NCBI GenBank assembly: GCA_042408215.1
Contig: JAYFMW010000003.1
Coordinates: 1 to 64,000, forward strand
DNA: 64,000 bases
Direction of reading: 5' to 3'
Source: Microcoleus sp.
Lineage (GTDB): Bacteria > Cyanobacteriota > Cyanobacteriia > Cyanobacteriales > Microcoleaceae
The translations under genes and the position numbers were made by a program. The notes under the pieces were generated by a model, which worked only from the letters and a program-made list of their open reading frames with translations, searched no databases and was not told the DNA's origin. Positions 1 through 9,498 of the stretch are shown here, in pieces (position 1 is the stretch's first letter; each line of letters starts with the position of its first letter).

Positions 1-658
1 GTCACAAAAAGTCGGTAGCATCGGCCATGTCGGCTGCTTCAGTTTTTATCCGACCAAAAATTTAGGAGCTTGCGGCGACGGTGGGGCGGTGACGACAAAT
101 GATCCCGCGATCGCAGCTTCCATGCGAATGCTCAAAGAACACGGCCAGTCTGCTAGGTACTTCTACGAAGAAATCGGCTACAACAGCCGTTTAGACGCCC
201 TGCAAGCAGTGATTCTCAGCATTAAATTGCGGTATCTCGACACTTGGAATGCCCAGCGGCGCGAGAAAGCCGAACTCTACAGCGAATTTCTCTGTCATGT
301 GCCCGGAGTTGCCGTACCCAGAGAATTGCCCGGAGCAAAAGGAGTGTGGAATCAATACACAATTCGACTCAAAAGTCAAGAAAATCATCCAAATCTCGCC
401 TCTGGCAATTTTCGAGACTGGATGCGGACTCAGTTGCAGGAAAACGGCATCGGTTCGATGGTTTACTATCCGTTACCTTTGCACCTGCAACCTGTTTACA
501 AATCTTTGGGTTATCAGCCCGGTCAGTTGCCGGCATCTGAGCAAGTTTGTCGCGAAGTCTTGTCTTTGCCGATGTTTCCAGAAATTTTGAGGGATCAACA
601 AGAGCGGGCGATTTATGGGCTCAAAGACTGCTTGGCTCAATCAACTCAAATCCAGTAG
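1..658 (+). CDS. DegT/DnrJ/EryC1/StrS family PLP-dependent aminotransferase (5'-truncated by window edge)
   Basis: Frame stays open from the window start: VGCFSFYPTKNLGACGDGGAV (PLP-lysine motif), GYNSRLDALQA, YYPLPLHLQP, LSLPMFPE. Confidence 0.9.
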   Translation, partial: SQKVGSIGHVGCFSFYPTKNLGACGDGGAVTTNDPAIAASMRMLKEHGQSARYFYEEIGYNSRLDALQAVILSIKLRYLDTWNAQRREKAELYSEFLCHVPGVAVPRELPGAKGVWNQYTIRLKSQENHPNLASGNFRDWMRTQLQENGIGSMVYYPLPLHLQPVYKSLGYQPGQLPASEQVCREVLSLPMFPEILRDQQERAIYGLKDCLAQSTQIQ

Positions 659-816
659 CTTTGGTGTGGTGTCTGGAGCGAGGGAAACCCATGACGAGAG
701 AGCAATGGCAGGGTGGCTGTGTAATTCCGATGTCAGGCTCAGGGAAATTAGTTAAGTTTTTTCACTGAGCACTTGTACTTTTGTGTACTATATTTAATGA
801 AAAGAAACAAATTTAG

Positions 817-1050
817 AAGCAAGAAGGAAGTTCGGCAACGGATTTTGTAACGGATGTAACGGATAGAAGAAGGAAGGAAGTTCGGCAACGGATTGGGTAA
901 CGGATGTCAGGAAGAAGGAAGAAGGAAGAAGGAAGAAGTCAGCAGGCAGATTAATGCCCCATGCCCCATTCCCATCCTTTTCGGCCGATTCCCCATGCCC
1001 CATGCCCCATTCCCGATTCCCAATGCCCCATGCCCCATGCCCCATGCCCC
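817..1050. repeat. Two copies of dispersed repeat GGAAGTTCGGCAACGGA plus (GAAGGAA)n and (ATGCCCC)n STRR tracts
   Basis: Direct reading. The same dispersed unit recurs at 34175 and, inverted, at 60785-60915. Confidence 0.85.
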
Positions 1051-1090
1051 ATTAATTGTAAATTTCATAAACTAAGAGGAAAATAAACGA

Positions 1091-2767
1091 GTGGGTCAAT
1101 ATCAATCTACTCAAGCTAGACGCTACGATCCAAAAGCGATCGCTCAGTATTACCGCAACCGTCCTTGGAAAGCAATTTGGCGAGCAATTACCGTTATTTG
1201 GTCTTTTGCTGGCTTCGTGCTAGGGATGCTGTGGGACAGTTGGCAGCACGAAGTCAAAAAACACCAGCCGGAACGAGCGGCCCACCTGCGACAAATACTC
1301 ACTCACTTGGGCCCCACTTTCATTAAAGTTGGCCAAGCCCTCTCAACCAGACCAGACTTGATCCGCAAAGACTTTCTCGAAGAACTAATCAAACTTCAGG
1401 ATCAATTGCCGCCCTTTGACTCAGTGCGGGCTTTCGAGATTGTGGAAGCCCAACTAGGCCGCAAGATTAGCGAAACTTACAGCGAAATCTCTCCAGCCCC
1501 AGTCGCGGCCGCCAGTCTCGGCCAAGTGTACCAAGCCCGCCTGATTACCGGAGAAGAAGTAGCAGTCAAAGTTCAGCGACCAAATTTGCTCCCAATCTTG
1601 AGTCTTGACCTCTACTTAATGCGCTGGGCTGCCGGATTATTAGGCCCATTCTTGCCACTGAATCTCGGTCACGACCTCAGTTTAATTGTCGATGAATTCG
1701 GCATCAAATTGTTTGAGGAAATCGACTATATCAACGAAGGCCGCAATGCCGAAAAATTTGCGACCAATTTTGCCGACGACCCCACTGTAAAAGTTCCGAG
1801 TATCTATTGGCGCTATACTACAAACTGCGTTCTCACCCTCGAATGGATTGATGGCATCAAGCTGACCGATATGGAAAGCGTTAAAGCCGCAGGTTTGGAT
1901 ACCAATACCTTAATTGAAGTTGGAGTCCGTAGTGGTTTGCGGCAGTTGCTGGAACACGGATTTTTTCACGCTGACCCCCATCCGGGAAATCTGTTTGCTT
2001 TAGCGGATGGCCGCATGGCTTACATTGATTTTGGGATGATGGATCAGATGGAAGAAACAACTAAAGAAACTTTGGTTGATTCCGTCGTTCATTTAATCAA
2101 CAAAGATTATTTAGAGTTAGCCAAGGATTTTGTGAAACTTGGCTTTTTGACACCAAATACAGATATTATGCCGATCGTCCCGGCGCTAGAATCTGTACTG
2201 GGTGACATCATCGGCGAAAAAGTAGGAGATTTTAACTTCAAAACGATTACAGACCAGTTTTCGGAGTTAATGTACGATTATCCTTTCCGAGTGCCGGCGA
2301 AATTTGCCCTAATTATTCGCTCTCTGGTAACGGAAGAAGGTTTAGCCCTGACGCTGAATCCCGATTTCAAGATAGTCGAGGTGGCTTATCCTTACGTGGC
2401 GCGGCGTTTGTTGAACGGAGAGTCTCCGGCACTGCGGCGGCGCTTGATTGAGGTATTATTCAAAGATGGCAAATTCCAGTGGAATAGATTAGAAGAGATG
2501 ATCGCGATCGCTAGGTCCGATCGGAGTTTCGACCTACTCCCGACTGCACAACTAGGTTTACAATTCTTGCTATCAGAAGAAGGAGCGTTCTTGCGACGCC
2601 AGCTAATGTTAGCTTTGATTGAGGACGATCGCATCCACACAGCAGAAGTTGGCAGCCTCTGGAACCTAGTTAAGGAAGACCTGCAACCAAGCCGCCTATT
2701 CAACGTTGCTCTAGGCGCATTAGCAGAATTTTCCACAGAAGGAGCCGCCGCCCTAACTCGATTTTAA
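1091..2767 (+). CDS. AarF/ABC1/UbiB family atypical kinase
   Basis: LGPTFIKVGQALSTRPD, AAASLGQVY, VAVKVQRP, FFHADPHPGN, IDFGMM. Confidence 0.95.
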   Translation: MGQYQSTQARRYDPKAIAQYYRNRPWKAIWRAITVIWSFAGFVLGMLWDSWQHEVKKHQPERAAHLRQILTHLGPTFIKVGQALSTRPDLIRKDFLEELIKLQDQLPPFDSVRAFEIVEAQLGRKISETYSEISPAPVAAASLGQVYQARLITGEEVAVKVQRPNLLPILSLDLYLMRWAAGLLGPFLPLNLGHDLSLIVDEFGIKLFEEIDYINEGRNAEKFATNFADDPTVKVPSIYWRYTTNCVLTLEWIDGIKLTDMESVKAAGLDTNTLIEVGVRSGLRQLLEHGFFHADPHPGNLFALADGRMAYIDFGMMDQMEETTKETLVDSVVHLINKDYLELAKDFVKLGFLTPNTDIMPIVPALESVLGDIIGEKVGDFNFKTITDQFSELMYDYPFRVPAKFALIIRSLVTEEGLALTLNPDFKIVEVAYPYVARRLLNGESPALRRRLIEVLFKDGKFQWNRLEEMIAIARSDRSFDLLPTAQLGLQFLLSEEGAFLRRQLMLALIEDDRIHTAEVGSLWNLVKEDLQPSRLFNVALGALAEFSTEGAAALTRF

Positions 2768-2963
2768 TCATTAGTCATTGGTGATTAGTCATTAGTCATT
2801 AGTCATTAGTCATTAGTCATTGGTGATTAGTCATTGGTGATTAGTCATTAGTCATTAGTCATTAGTCATTAGTCATTGGTGATTAGTCATTAGTCATTAG
2901 TCATTAGTCATTAGTCATTAGTCATTAGTCATTAGTCATTAGTCATTAGTCATTAGTCATTAG
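2768..2963. repeat. STRR heptamer tract (TTAGTCA)n
   Basis: About 28 tandem heptamers directly after the stop codon. Confidence 0.95.
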
Positions 2964-3060
2964 TTCAGGACGCACTAATAACATGATTATGTCATTCTGA
3001 GTGAAACGAAGAATCTCAAATCTTTGCCACACCATGACAATTAGTCCAGGACTGAACTAA
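2960..3060. repeat. Short MITE-like element with imperfect terminal inverted repeats
   Basis: TTAGTTCAGgacgcACTAAT ... ATTAGTccaggaCTGAACTAA enclosing GTCATTCTGAGTGAAACGAAGAATCT. Confidence 0.5.
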
Positions 3061-3135
3061 TAACTAATGACTCCTGACTAATAACTAATGACTGCTGACT
3101 AATGACTTCCCCCTATTACCCCAAAGGAATTATTC

Positions 3136-3510
3136 GTGTATTACTTTCCAGAACCTCCCTATTTTTTTATGACTGCTGGATTGCTAGCAGGAATGGCCTC
3201 TGGCTTAGCCTTTGAAGCAACTCTCAAAGAAGCAGTAAAGCTGTGGTCAAAAAATCGTGCTACTCGCACTTTAGCCAACCTGCAAGGATTGCAATTATTC
3301 ATACCTTTCCTGGGAATGGCCGGAGGAATTTGCGTATTTTTAGCTTCTGGTGTAGAGATTTTTGGACTTCCCAAATTGTTCGCTTACGCTTTATCTTTGC
3401 CGCTAACCATACTCACCGGCTGGCTAATTTGGAGACAGCTAGGTAAGCTTTTGTTGGAGTTAGAACGAGGAGGCTCCCAAGCGCTGGATTTGGATTCTTT
3501 TGAAGGATGA
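3136..3510 (+). CDS. Conserved cyanobacterial membrane protein
   Basis: 124 aa with about three hydrophobic segments; MYYFPEPPYF start; GGS-ALDLD tail. Confidence 0.75.
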   Translation: MYYFPEPPYFFMTAGLLAGMASGLAFEATLKEAVKLWSKNRATRTLANLQGLQLFIPFLGMAGGICVFLASGVEIFGLPKLFAYALSLPLTILTGWLIWRQLGKLLLELERGGSQALDLDSFEG

Positions 3511-3599
3511 CAAACTAACCCATAACCCCCTTACCCTCGAAATTATTGTGGGGTGGGCCTCCCGCCCGCCCCAAAAATACAATTTAGACGTGAAACAGC

Positions 3600-4622
3600 T
3601 TATCTATTTATGAAATTCCGCAACTTAAATTTAACATTATTAACTTTTTGAATTACCCAAATTTTTAAACTTCTCCCCACTCGCACCAGCAAATTTGGAA
3701 TCACAAGTTTCGGCCGCATTTCAGGCGATTTCAAATAGCGGTAGTACAGAAATAAATCTCGGTAGGGAACATCAATATCTTCACCAGCACACAATTGATT
3801 AATTTTGGCAGCCGAAATGCTCATGTAGTGCAAGTAAGTAAGCCGCCGTCCTTTATCGTATAGAACATAATCTATCACATCAAATTGAGAAGACCAATGA
3901 TTACCCGTTACCTGTTCTGGTTGAGCATATGCAAAGTTGTAAAAAGAGATATTGCTGCGAGCAACTAAATAATTAAATAAAGGTTGGTCAGTTCCCCGCA
4001 GAGACAGAATTTCAGATTCTCCTGATGTTAATTTTTCTAACAGTTTGGCTGAATTATTGCGATTTAAAATACTTTGTTTTGAAGCAAACCAACCTGCACA
4101 GAAAATCCGAGATTGCAGTTGGTCAATATTGAAAATATGTGGCAATTTATCGGAGGATAAGTCAAATACATAATTGAGATTAGACAGGTATTGAAAATCG
4201 TTGGCTACCCAATCAAAATCATCAAGTTTTTGATAAATATAATCCAGAGAACCCATTAACAGAGTGTCCGCGTCAAAATAGACAAATTTGTCAAAAGGGC
4301 CGTCAAAACAACAAAATTTCCGGTGCATTCCCAAACAACGTACTGATTCCCAGCCTTTAGCTTGCCAAATTTTTTGAGCTTTGGTATGAGATATCCAAAC
4401 TTGAATTGCAAAGTCTTCCCAGAAAATGATTGAATCGGTGTTGTCAAAGAGGGTGATATTAGGACGAGTTGCAATTTCTACTCGCACTTTTTTCATTCTA
4501 TCATCATAGGGAATGATACAAACGGGAATATCTTTTGCCCCGTTGACTTCGAGACTGTTTAATAAAGCGACTAAATGGTCAAAAACAACATCGTTTGCTA
4601 GAATATAAATGCCATTTGTCAT
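3600..4622 (-). CDS. Npun_R2821/Npun_R2822 family glycosyltransferase-like protein
   Basis: GIYILAND, FDGPFDKFVYFDADT (DxD), DQPLFNY, LYDKG-RLTYLHY; paralog of the two upstream ORFs. Confidence 0.8.
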   Translation of the reverse strand: MTNGIYILANDVVFDHLVALLNSLEVNGAKDIPVCIIPYDDRMKKVRVEIATRPNITLFDNTDSIIFWEDFAIQVWISHTKAQKIWQAKGWESVRCLGMHRKFCCFDGPFDKFVYFDADTLLMGSLDYIYQKLDDFDWVANDFQYLSNLNYVFDLSSDKLPHIFNIDQLQSRIFCAGWFASKQSILNRNNSAKLLEKLTSGESEILSLRGTDQPLFNYLVARSNISFYNFAYAQPEQVTGNHWSSQFDVIDYVLYDKGRRLTYLHYMSISAAKINQLCAGEDIDVPYRDLFLYYRYLKSPEMRPKLVIPNLLVRVGRSLKIWVIQKVNNVKFKLRNFINR

Positions 4623-4681
4623 AAGTTTTAAATAAATTCAATCATGTCCGGTTGATTCGTTGTTGTATAATTTGCGATCTC

Positions 4682-4742
4682 GTAGGGGCGGGTTTTACCA
4701 ACCATCTATGTGGAAAATTAACTATCTCGTAAACCCGCCCCC
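4682..4742 (+). repeat. GTAG-type REP-like palindrome
   Basis: GTAGGGGCGGGTTT...AAACCCGCCCC; inverted copy at 7807-7867. Confidence 0.7.
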
Positions 4743-5674
4743 TCCCATGCTACAAACAATATTATCCCTGCAAATATCGAAATATTTTTTGCACTAAGTT
4801 TGGTTTTCCCTCATTAAGATAACGATAATGTTTCCATAGTGTCCAATAGGGACTACCCGATTTAATCGGTATTCCAGCCCAGTGGAGATATTTTAACCTT
4901 TTACCTTTGTCATAAAGAACATAATCTATTTCCTGAAAATGCTGGAGAACCCGCCCAGCTTCCGGGCTCGGTTGCTGAAGTTTTCACAAGGTTACAGCGT
5001 TTGGGAATTAGTTTAAGAATCAGGTAATTTAGTATAGGTTGGTCAGTGACATTTTGAGTAAAATCGAAATATTCTCGATGCTGGGAACATTCGCGCAAGA
5101 CTTCGTACATTTGCGATTCAGAAATAGTTCCTTTCCGGGAAGCAAAAAAGCCGCTGTTGAAGACATCTTGAAGTTCTGAATCTGTGAAAATATGCTGTTC
5201 TTTGACAACTGGTGAAAATACATTTCGCAGTTTTTCGCTAAGGTGATGATAATCGCAGCAAAAAAAGTCTACTTCTGATAGTTTGTTGAGGTTGGCTGCG
5301 ATGTCTTCAAAGACGATGATATCGGTATCGATGTACAGAAATTCGTCGAGAGGGCCAAACCAAACGGCGAGTTTTCGCATTTTGTTGGGGAGGGCTAAAA
5401 AGTTGCGATCGAATATTTGGCCAATTTCCCTGGTAAACTGTTCGACAAACTCCAGATTTGGGAACAATCGCACCCCGTGGAGACTGCTGAGGGCGGCGGC
5501 GACTTGCTGATAATTCTCGTCAAAGGGGATCAGAAAAATTGGTACTTGACAATTGTACAAACGTATGCTGTTTAAAAGGGCGATCGCACTTTCCATCACC
5601 CGATCGTTAGCCACAATATAAATACCACGATTCAGATCAAATCCATTAGCATCAGAATAATTCATCTCTCTCAT
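4718..5674 (-). pseudogene. Npun_R2821/R2822 family glycosyltransferase, frameshifted near 4945
   Basis: ORF 4910..5674 ends SPAFSGNRLCSL. The +1 frame continues QHFQEIDYVLYDKGKRLKYLHWAG...WKHYRYL, matching the C-termini of both paralogs. Confidence 0.75.
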
Positions 5675-5737
5675 CTCTAACTCTGCGTTCTCTGCGGACT
5701 CTGCGGTTTAATAATTCAAAAACAACCGCAAACGAAA

Positions 5738-6712
5738 TCATACATTTATCCTCAACCTTCTCCATACCCTTTTTAACAAATTCGGCGTAGAAACATCAGT
5801 ATAAGACTTTAGCGGTTCAGTAAAAATCGGACGCTTAGAAGGTTCCCGGAGATAGCGATAATGCAGAAACAAATCCCGATAGGGAAACTCAATATTTTCC
5901 CCCGCACAAACTCTCCGAATCAAATCCGGCGGCACACCAATATAATGAATGTAAGTAAGTCGGTTTCCCTTGTCATACAAAATCCTATCTTGCTCTTCAA
6001 AATGTTTAGAACTGACGCAGCACCCAGTTTTCTCACCATCCGGGAGACTATAAGCAAAATTATAGCTATTCATGCCATTTTTCATCACCATATAATTAAG
6101 TAACGGCTGTTCTCCCGCACCTGAATAGAGAATTTTCCCATCGCCAGATTGCAGTTGAGCTACCAGCAATTCTCTGGTATTTTCGTCAAAAAATCCTTGC
6201 TTGCTCCCATAAAAACCCGAACAAAATATTTCCGAATCAATCCGATTTTGGTCAAATACTTTGAGCAGTTTTGGCGACTGAATATTGTATACTTTAGTTG
6301 GGTCGCGAAATTGAAAATCATCAACCACAAAATCAGATGACTCTAACTTCTGAAAAACCGCATCAAGGGAATTCATCAGCAAAGTATCAGCATCCATATA
6401 GATAAACTTTTCAAACGGGCCGTCGAAAGCGCAAAAGCGTCGGTGTGCGCCGTAAAGCCGGAATTTTTTGCGATTCAAACGCTCTGGTGCGGCTGCTTCC
6501 ATGAATTTATCCCATCGCTGAATTGAGGCGCTATCTTCATAAATGAACAGGTTAGGACGGTTAACAATTTCAGCTTTGATTTGCTGTATTTGGTCGTCGA
6601 AAGGATAAATACAGACAGGAATATTTGAGCCTAAGATAACTTCAATACTGTTGAGCAAGGCAACCAGTTGGTCGTAAACTTTATCGTTGGCTAGCGTGCA
6701 AATTCCATTCAT
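5738..6712 (-). CDS. Npun_R2821/Npun_R2822 family glycosyltransferase-like protein
   Basis: Start reassigned to MNGICTLAND (the upstream extension is repeat DNA); YMDADT, EQPLLNY, LYDKGNRLTYIHY. Confidence 0.8.
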   Translation of the reverse strand: MNGICTLANDKVYDQLVALLNSIEVILGSNIPVCIYPFDDQIQQIKAEIVNRPNLFIYEDSASIQRWDKFMEAAAPERLNRKKFRLYGAHRRFCAFDGPFEKFIYMDADTLLMNSLDAVFQKLESSDFVVDDFQFRDPTKVYNIQSPKLLKVFDQNRIDSEIFCSGFYGSKQGFFDENTRELLVAQLQSGDGKILYSGAGEQPLLNYMVMKNGMNSYNFAYSLPDGEKTGCCVSSKHFEEQDRILYDKGNRLTYIHYIGVPPDLIRRVCAGENIEFPYRDLFLHYRYLREPSKRPIFTEPLKSYTDVSTPNLLKRVWRRLRINV

Positions 6713-6831
6713 ATAGTAGAAGGAAGAAGGAAGAAGGAAGAAGAAAGAAGGAAGAAGGAAGAAGGAAGAGACAATTCCGGGCAATGGTTTCAGCAATCAA
6801 GAATGTCCTAACCGTCTTGGCGGTTGCTATA
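6712..6831. mobile_element. ~120-bp MITE-like element with TATAG(C/T)A...TGCTATA ends and internal STRR
   Basis: Second copy in opposite orientation at 31778-31889 shares ATAGCAACC..CGGTTAGGACAT..GCTGAAACCATT. Confidence 0.6.
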
Positions 6832-7774
6832 CAAAATTAGACAGCCAATTGAGCAAGTTCAATTCGTGGAGAATGATTTGTCTGGCTTCGGCAATTTTCT
6901 CCCTCGCTTCATGCCAATAATCCGCAGTTGCAATCACCTCTTTAATAAATTCTACACCTTTTTCATCCAGACTGGGAATCCGCAGAAAACTCCCCGGCGG
7001 CAACAACTTATCCGCCGCCGAACCGCCGTAATAAATTGGCAAACACCAAGCTAATAAAGCATCCCAAAGCTTCTCGCTGACATACCAATCGTTTTCGGCA
7101 TAATTTTCAATAGCTAAGTTGTAATAATATGGTGCGACGGCGTGCCATTTATTGTTTACAGTGCCATTACCGCGAGCCCAAATTGGCAAGTTTCTCCCGT
7201 AAAGGTCAAAGTTTAATTCTTGTTGTTGCAGCAATTTGAGCAAGTCTAATCGATGGCGGTGATTGGCGCTGCGGCTAACACCTGAAGTAATCCAAGAACA
7301 GGGTTTAGTTTTAGCTGGTGGCGGCATTTCATCGAGTTCTCGAAACGAATTAGAGTGATACCAAATCGCGGGCATATAATTGGGGTTGGGTGCGAAGTCG
7401 TCGGGCCCGGAAATGTAGCCGCAATAAAGTTTTGCCTGTTCGTAGTTGGCTTTGGTAATTTCAATAACTTCTGGTAATGGCGGCTCGCGGATTAGGTAAA
7501 TTATGCGTTCTAGAGGGACACCTCGCAATTTGTCTCGAATGTCATTTTCGGGATTTTGAGGGCTTTGGTGGCGGATTTTGTCTAGCCAGGATTGCTTTTT
7601 GGGCGGCTTGGGAAAGTCGAATTGATACATGAGTAAAAAGTCTGGTTCTGGGTGATTTGCTAACATTTGAATGTTGCCCCATTTGCCGAAGTTTTCGGGG
7701 GTTTGTTGCCACAGCCAGTCGCTTTGACTCATACCTGGGTAGGTGGTGATTGTGCCGATAATTTTTGGGTTCAT
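6827..7774 (-). CDS. Glycosyltransferase family 10-like (fucosyltransferase-type) protein
   Basis: YYYNLAIEN, YVSEKLWDALLAWCLPIYYG match the GT10 C-terminal motif. Confidence 0.75.
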   Translation of the reverse strand: MNPKIIGTITTYPGMSQSDWLWQQTPENFGKWGNIQMLANHPEPDFLLMYQFDFPKPPKKQSWLDKIRHQSPQNPENDIRDKLRGVPLERIIYLIREPPLPEVIEITKANYEQAKLYCGYISGPDDFAPNPNYMPAIWYHSNSFRELDEMPPPAKTKPCSWITSGVSRSANHRHRLDLLKLLQQQELNFDLYGRNLPIWARGNGTVNNKWHAVAPYYYNLAIENYAENDWYVSEKLWDALLAWCLPIYYGGSAADKLLPPGSFLRIPSLDEKGVEFIKEVIATADYWHEAREKIAEARQIILHELNLLNWLSNFV

Positions 7775-7806
7775 TTTTAATAATAAATATGGTTTTAGCG
7801 TGTGGG

Positions 7807-7867
7807 CGGGGCGGGTTTATGAGATTGTTTATTTGAGGCGATTATGGTTGGTAAAACCCGCCCCTAC
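7807..7867 (-). repeat. GTAG-type REP-like palindrome
   Basis: GGGGCGGGTTT...AAAACCCGCCCCTAC, inverted copy of 4682-4742. Confidence 0.7.
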
Positions 7868-7892
7868 GGATTTTAAAATTATAGGATGCGGA

Positions 7893-9092
7893 TTAATGAA
7901 TAATTTGCGATCGCACTTGCTCATCCACATAACTCAAAATCCTCTCAATCCGATTTTCCCAGGAAAATTGCTTGACAAAATCCATAGTTTCTGCATAACC
8001 TTCGACCTTCTTGGGATATTTTGTTAAACTATATTGAATGCTTTGTGCAAATTTATACTGGTTATCGGGCGCGCACCAAGTTGCAGCGATGTTTCCCGAC
8101 TTAAATTCCATCAAAGATGGAATCTCCGTCGCCACAATCGGAGTTCCCGATGCCATATAATCGAAGAACTTCAAAGGAGATGTGAACGTCGCGGCTTCTG
8201 TTAAACAGTGCGGGTGAGTCAAAACGTCGGCGGCTTGTAGCAAGCTAGCAAGTTGATTTTGAGGGAGGTAGCCGAGAAATTTTATGTTGTTAACTTGCTT
8301 GTTTTTGGCTAATTGTTGGTATGCTGTTACTTGGGATTCGCTGCCACCTGCGATCGCAAATTGAACTCCCGGCAATTCCTGAGCCACATCCACTAACATA
8401 TCCACGCCTTTAAACGGGTAAAGTCCTCCCGCATAAACTGCCAAATGCTGTCTTCCATCTGTTAATAATTGTTGCCGCCATATCCGAGCTTCTGCCGTTT
8501 GTCTCGCGAGAAACAACTGATTGAAACCGTTGTGCAGCATAATTACTTTTTCCGCCGGCATTCCATTTTGAATCATGCTTTCTCGCACTGTATCGGCAAC
8601 AGTTACAGCAATTTGAAACAGAGGATTGCGGACTATTTCTGGCTCAAATTTCTTGGATTCGTGATGGTGCTGTTCGTAGATAGCGGGAATTCCATTTTTA
8701 ATGGCAGCTTTGATAAAGTTCCAGTCGCGACTGTGGACAATTTGAGTCGATTTAAGCAGGTGAATCGGTAAATAGTATTTTGATACTATTGTACTCGAAC
8801 TCGTCCACTTGCTGTCCAAAAGGTCGATCGGCCACGGCATCGGTAAATCTGCTACTTTTAATTTATCTTGAATATTGTATATTTTGGCAAGTTTTTCATC
8901 CGGTTTTCTCGGTCGAAAAGGATAGAGTAAATCAACTGGATTAAAAGCACTCAATCCTTTGCGGAGATATACCAAAACTGCTGGTAAACCTAGATTTGCT
9001 GCGGCATTCGCAGAGTGAGCAACTTGAACTAAGCTAGCTACATTAGGTTGTGGTAAGACATTTCTGGTAAAAAATACATAATATTTGGGCAT
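7893..9092 (-). CDS. Glycosyltransferase family 4 protein
   Basis: YAGGLYPFKGVD, SPLKFFDYMASGTPIVAT. Start set at MPKYY because upstream codons are STRR. Confidence 0.9.
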   Translation of the reverse strand: MPKYYVFFTRNVLPQPNVASLVQVAHSANAAANLGLPAVLVYLRKGLSAFNPVDLLYPFRPRKPDEKLAKIYNIQDKLKVADLPMPWPIDLLDSKWTSSSTIVSKYYLPIHLLKSTQIVHSRDWNFIKAAIKNGIPAIYEQHHHESKKFEPEIVRNPLFQIAVTVADTVRESMIQNGMPAEKVIMLHNGFNQLFLARQTAEARIWRQQLLTDGRQHLAVYAGGLYPFKGVDMLVDVAQELPGVQFAIAGGSESQVTAYQQLAKNKQVNNIKFLGYLPQNQLASLLQAADVLTHPHCLTEAATFTSPLKFFDYMASGTPIVATEIPSLMEFKSGNIAATWCAPDNQYKFAQSIQYSLTKYPKKVEGYAETMDFVKQFSWENRIERILSYVDEQVRSQIIH

Positions 9093-9498
9093 AGGGCATA
9101 GGGCATAGGGCATAGGGCATAGGGCATAGGGCATGGTAACTAACAAATGACTAATGACTAATGACTAATGACTAAGTATTTGGGCATGGGGCATAGGGCA
9201 TAGGGCATAGGGCATAGGGCATGGCAACTAACAAATGACTAATGACTAATGACTAATGACTAATGACTAAGTATTTGGGCATGGGGCATAGGGCATAGGG
9301 CATAGGGCATAGGGCATGGCAACTAACAAATGACTAATGACTAATGACTAATGACTAATGACTAAGTATTTGGGCATGGGGCATAGGGCATAGGGCATAG
9401 GGCATAGGGCATGGCAACTAACAAATGACTAATGACTAATGACTAATGACTAACAACTAATGACTAATGACTAATGACTGCTAACTAATGACTAATGA
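9081..9498. repeat. Higher-order 95-bp tandem repeat x4 built from (GGGCATA)n + (TGACTAA)n
   Basis: Unit starts at 9081, 9176, 9271 and 9366. Confidence 0.9.
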
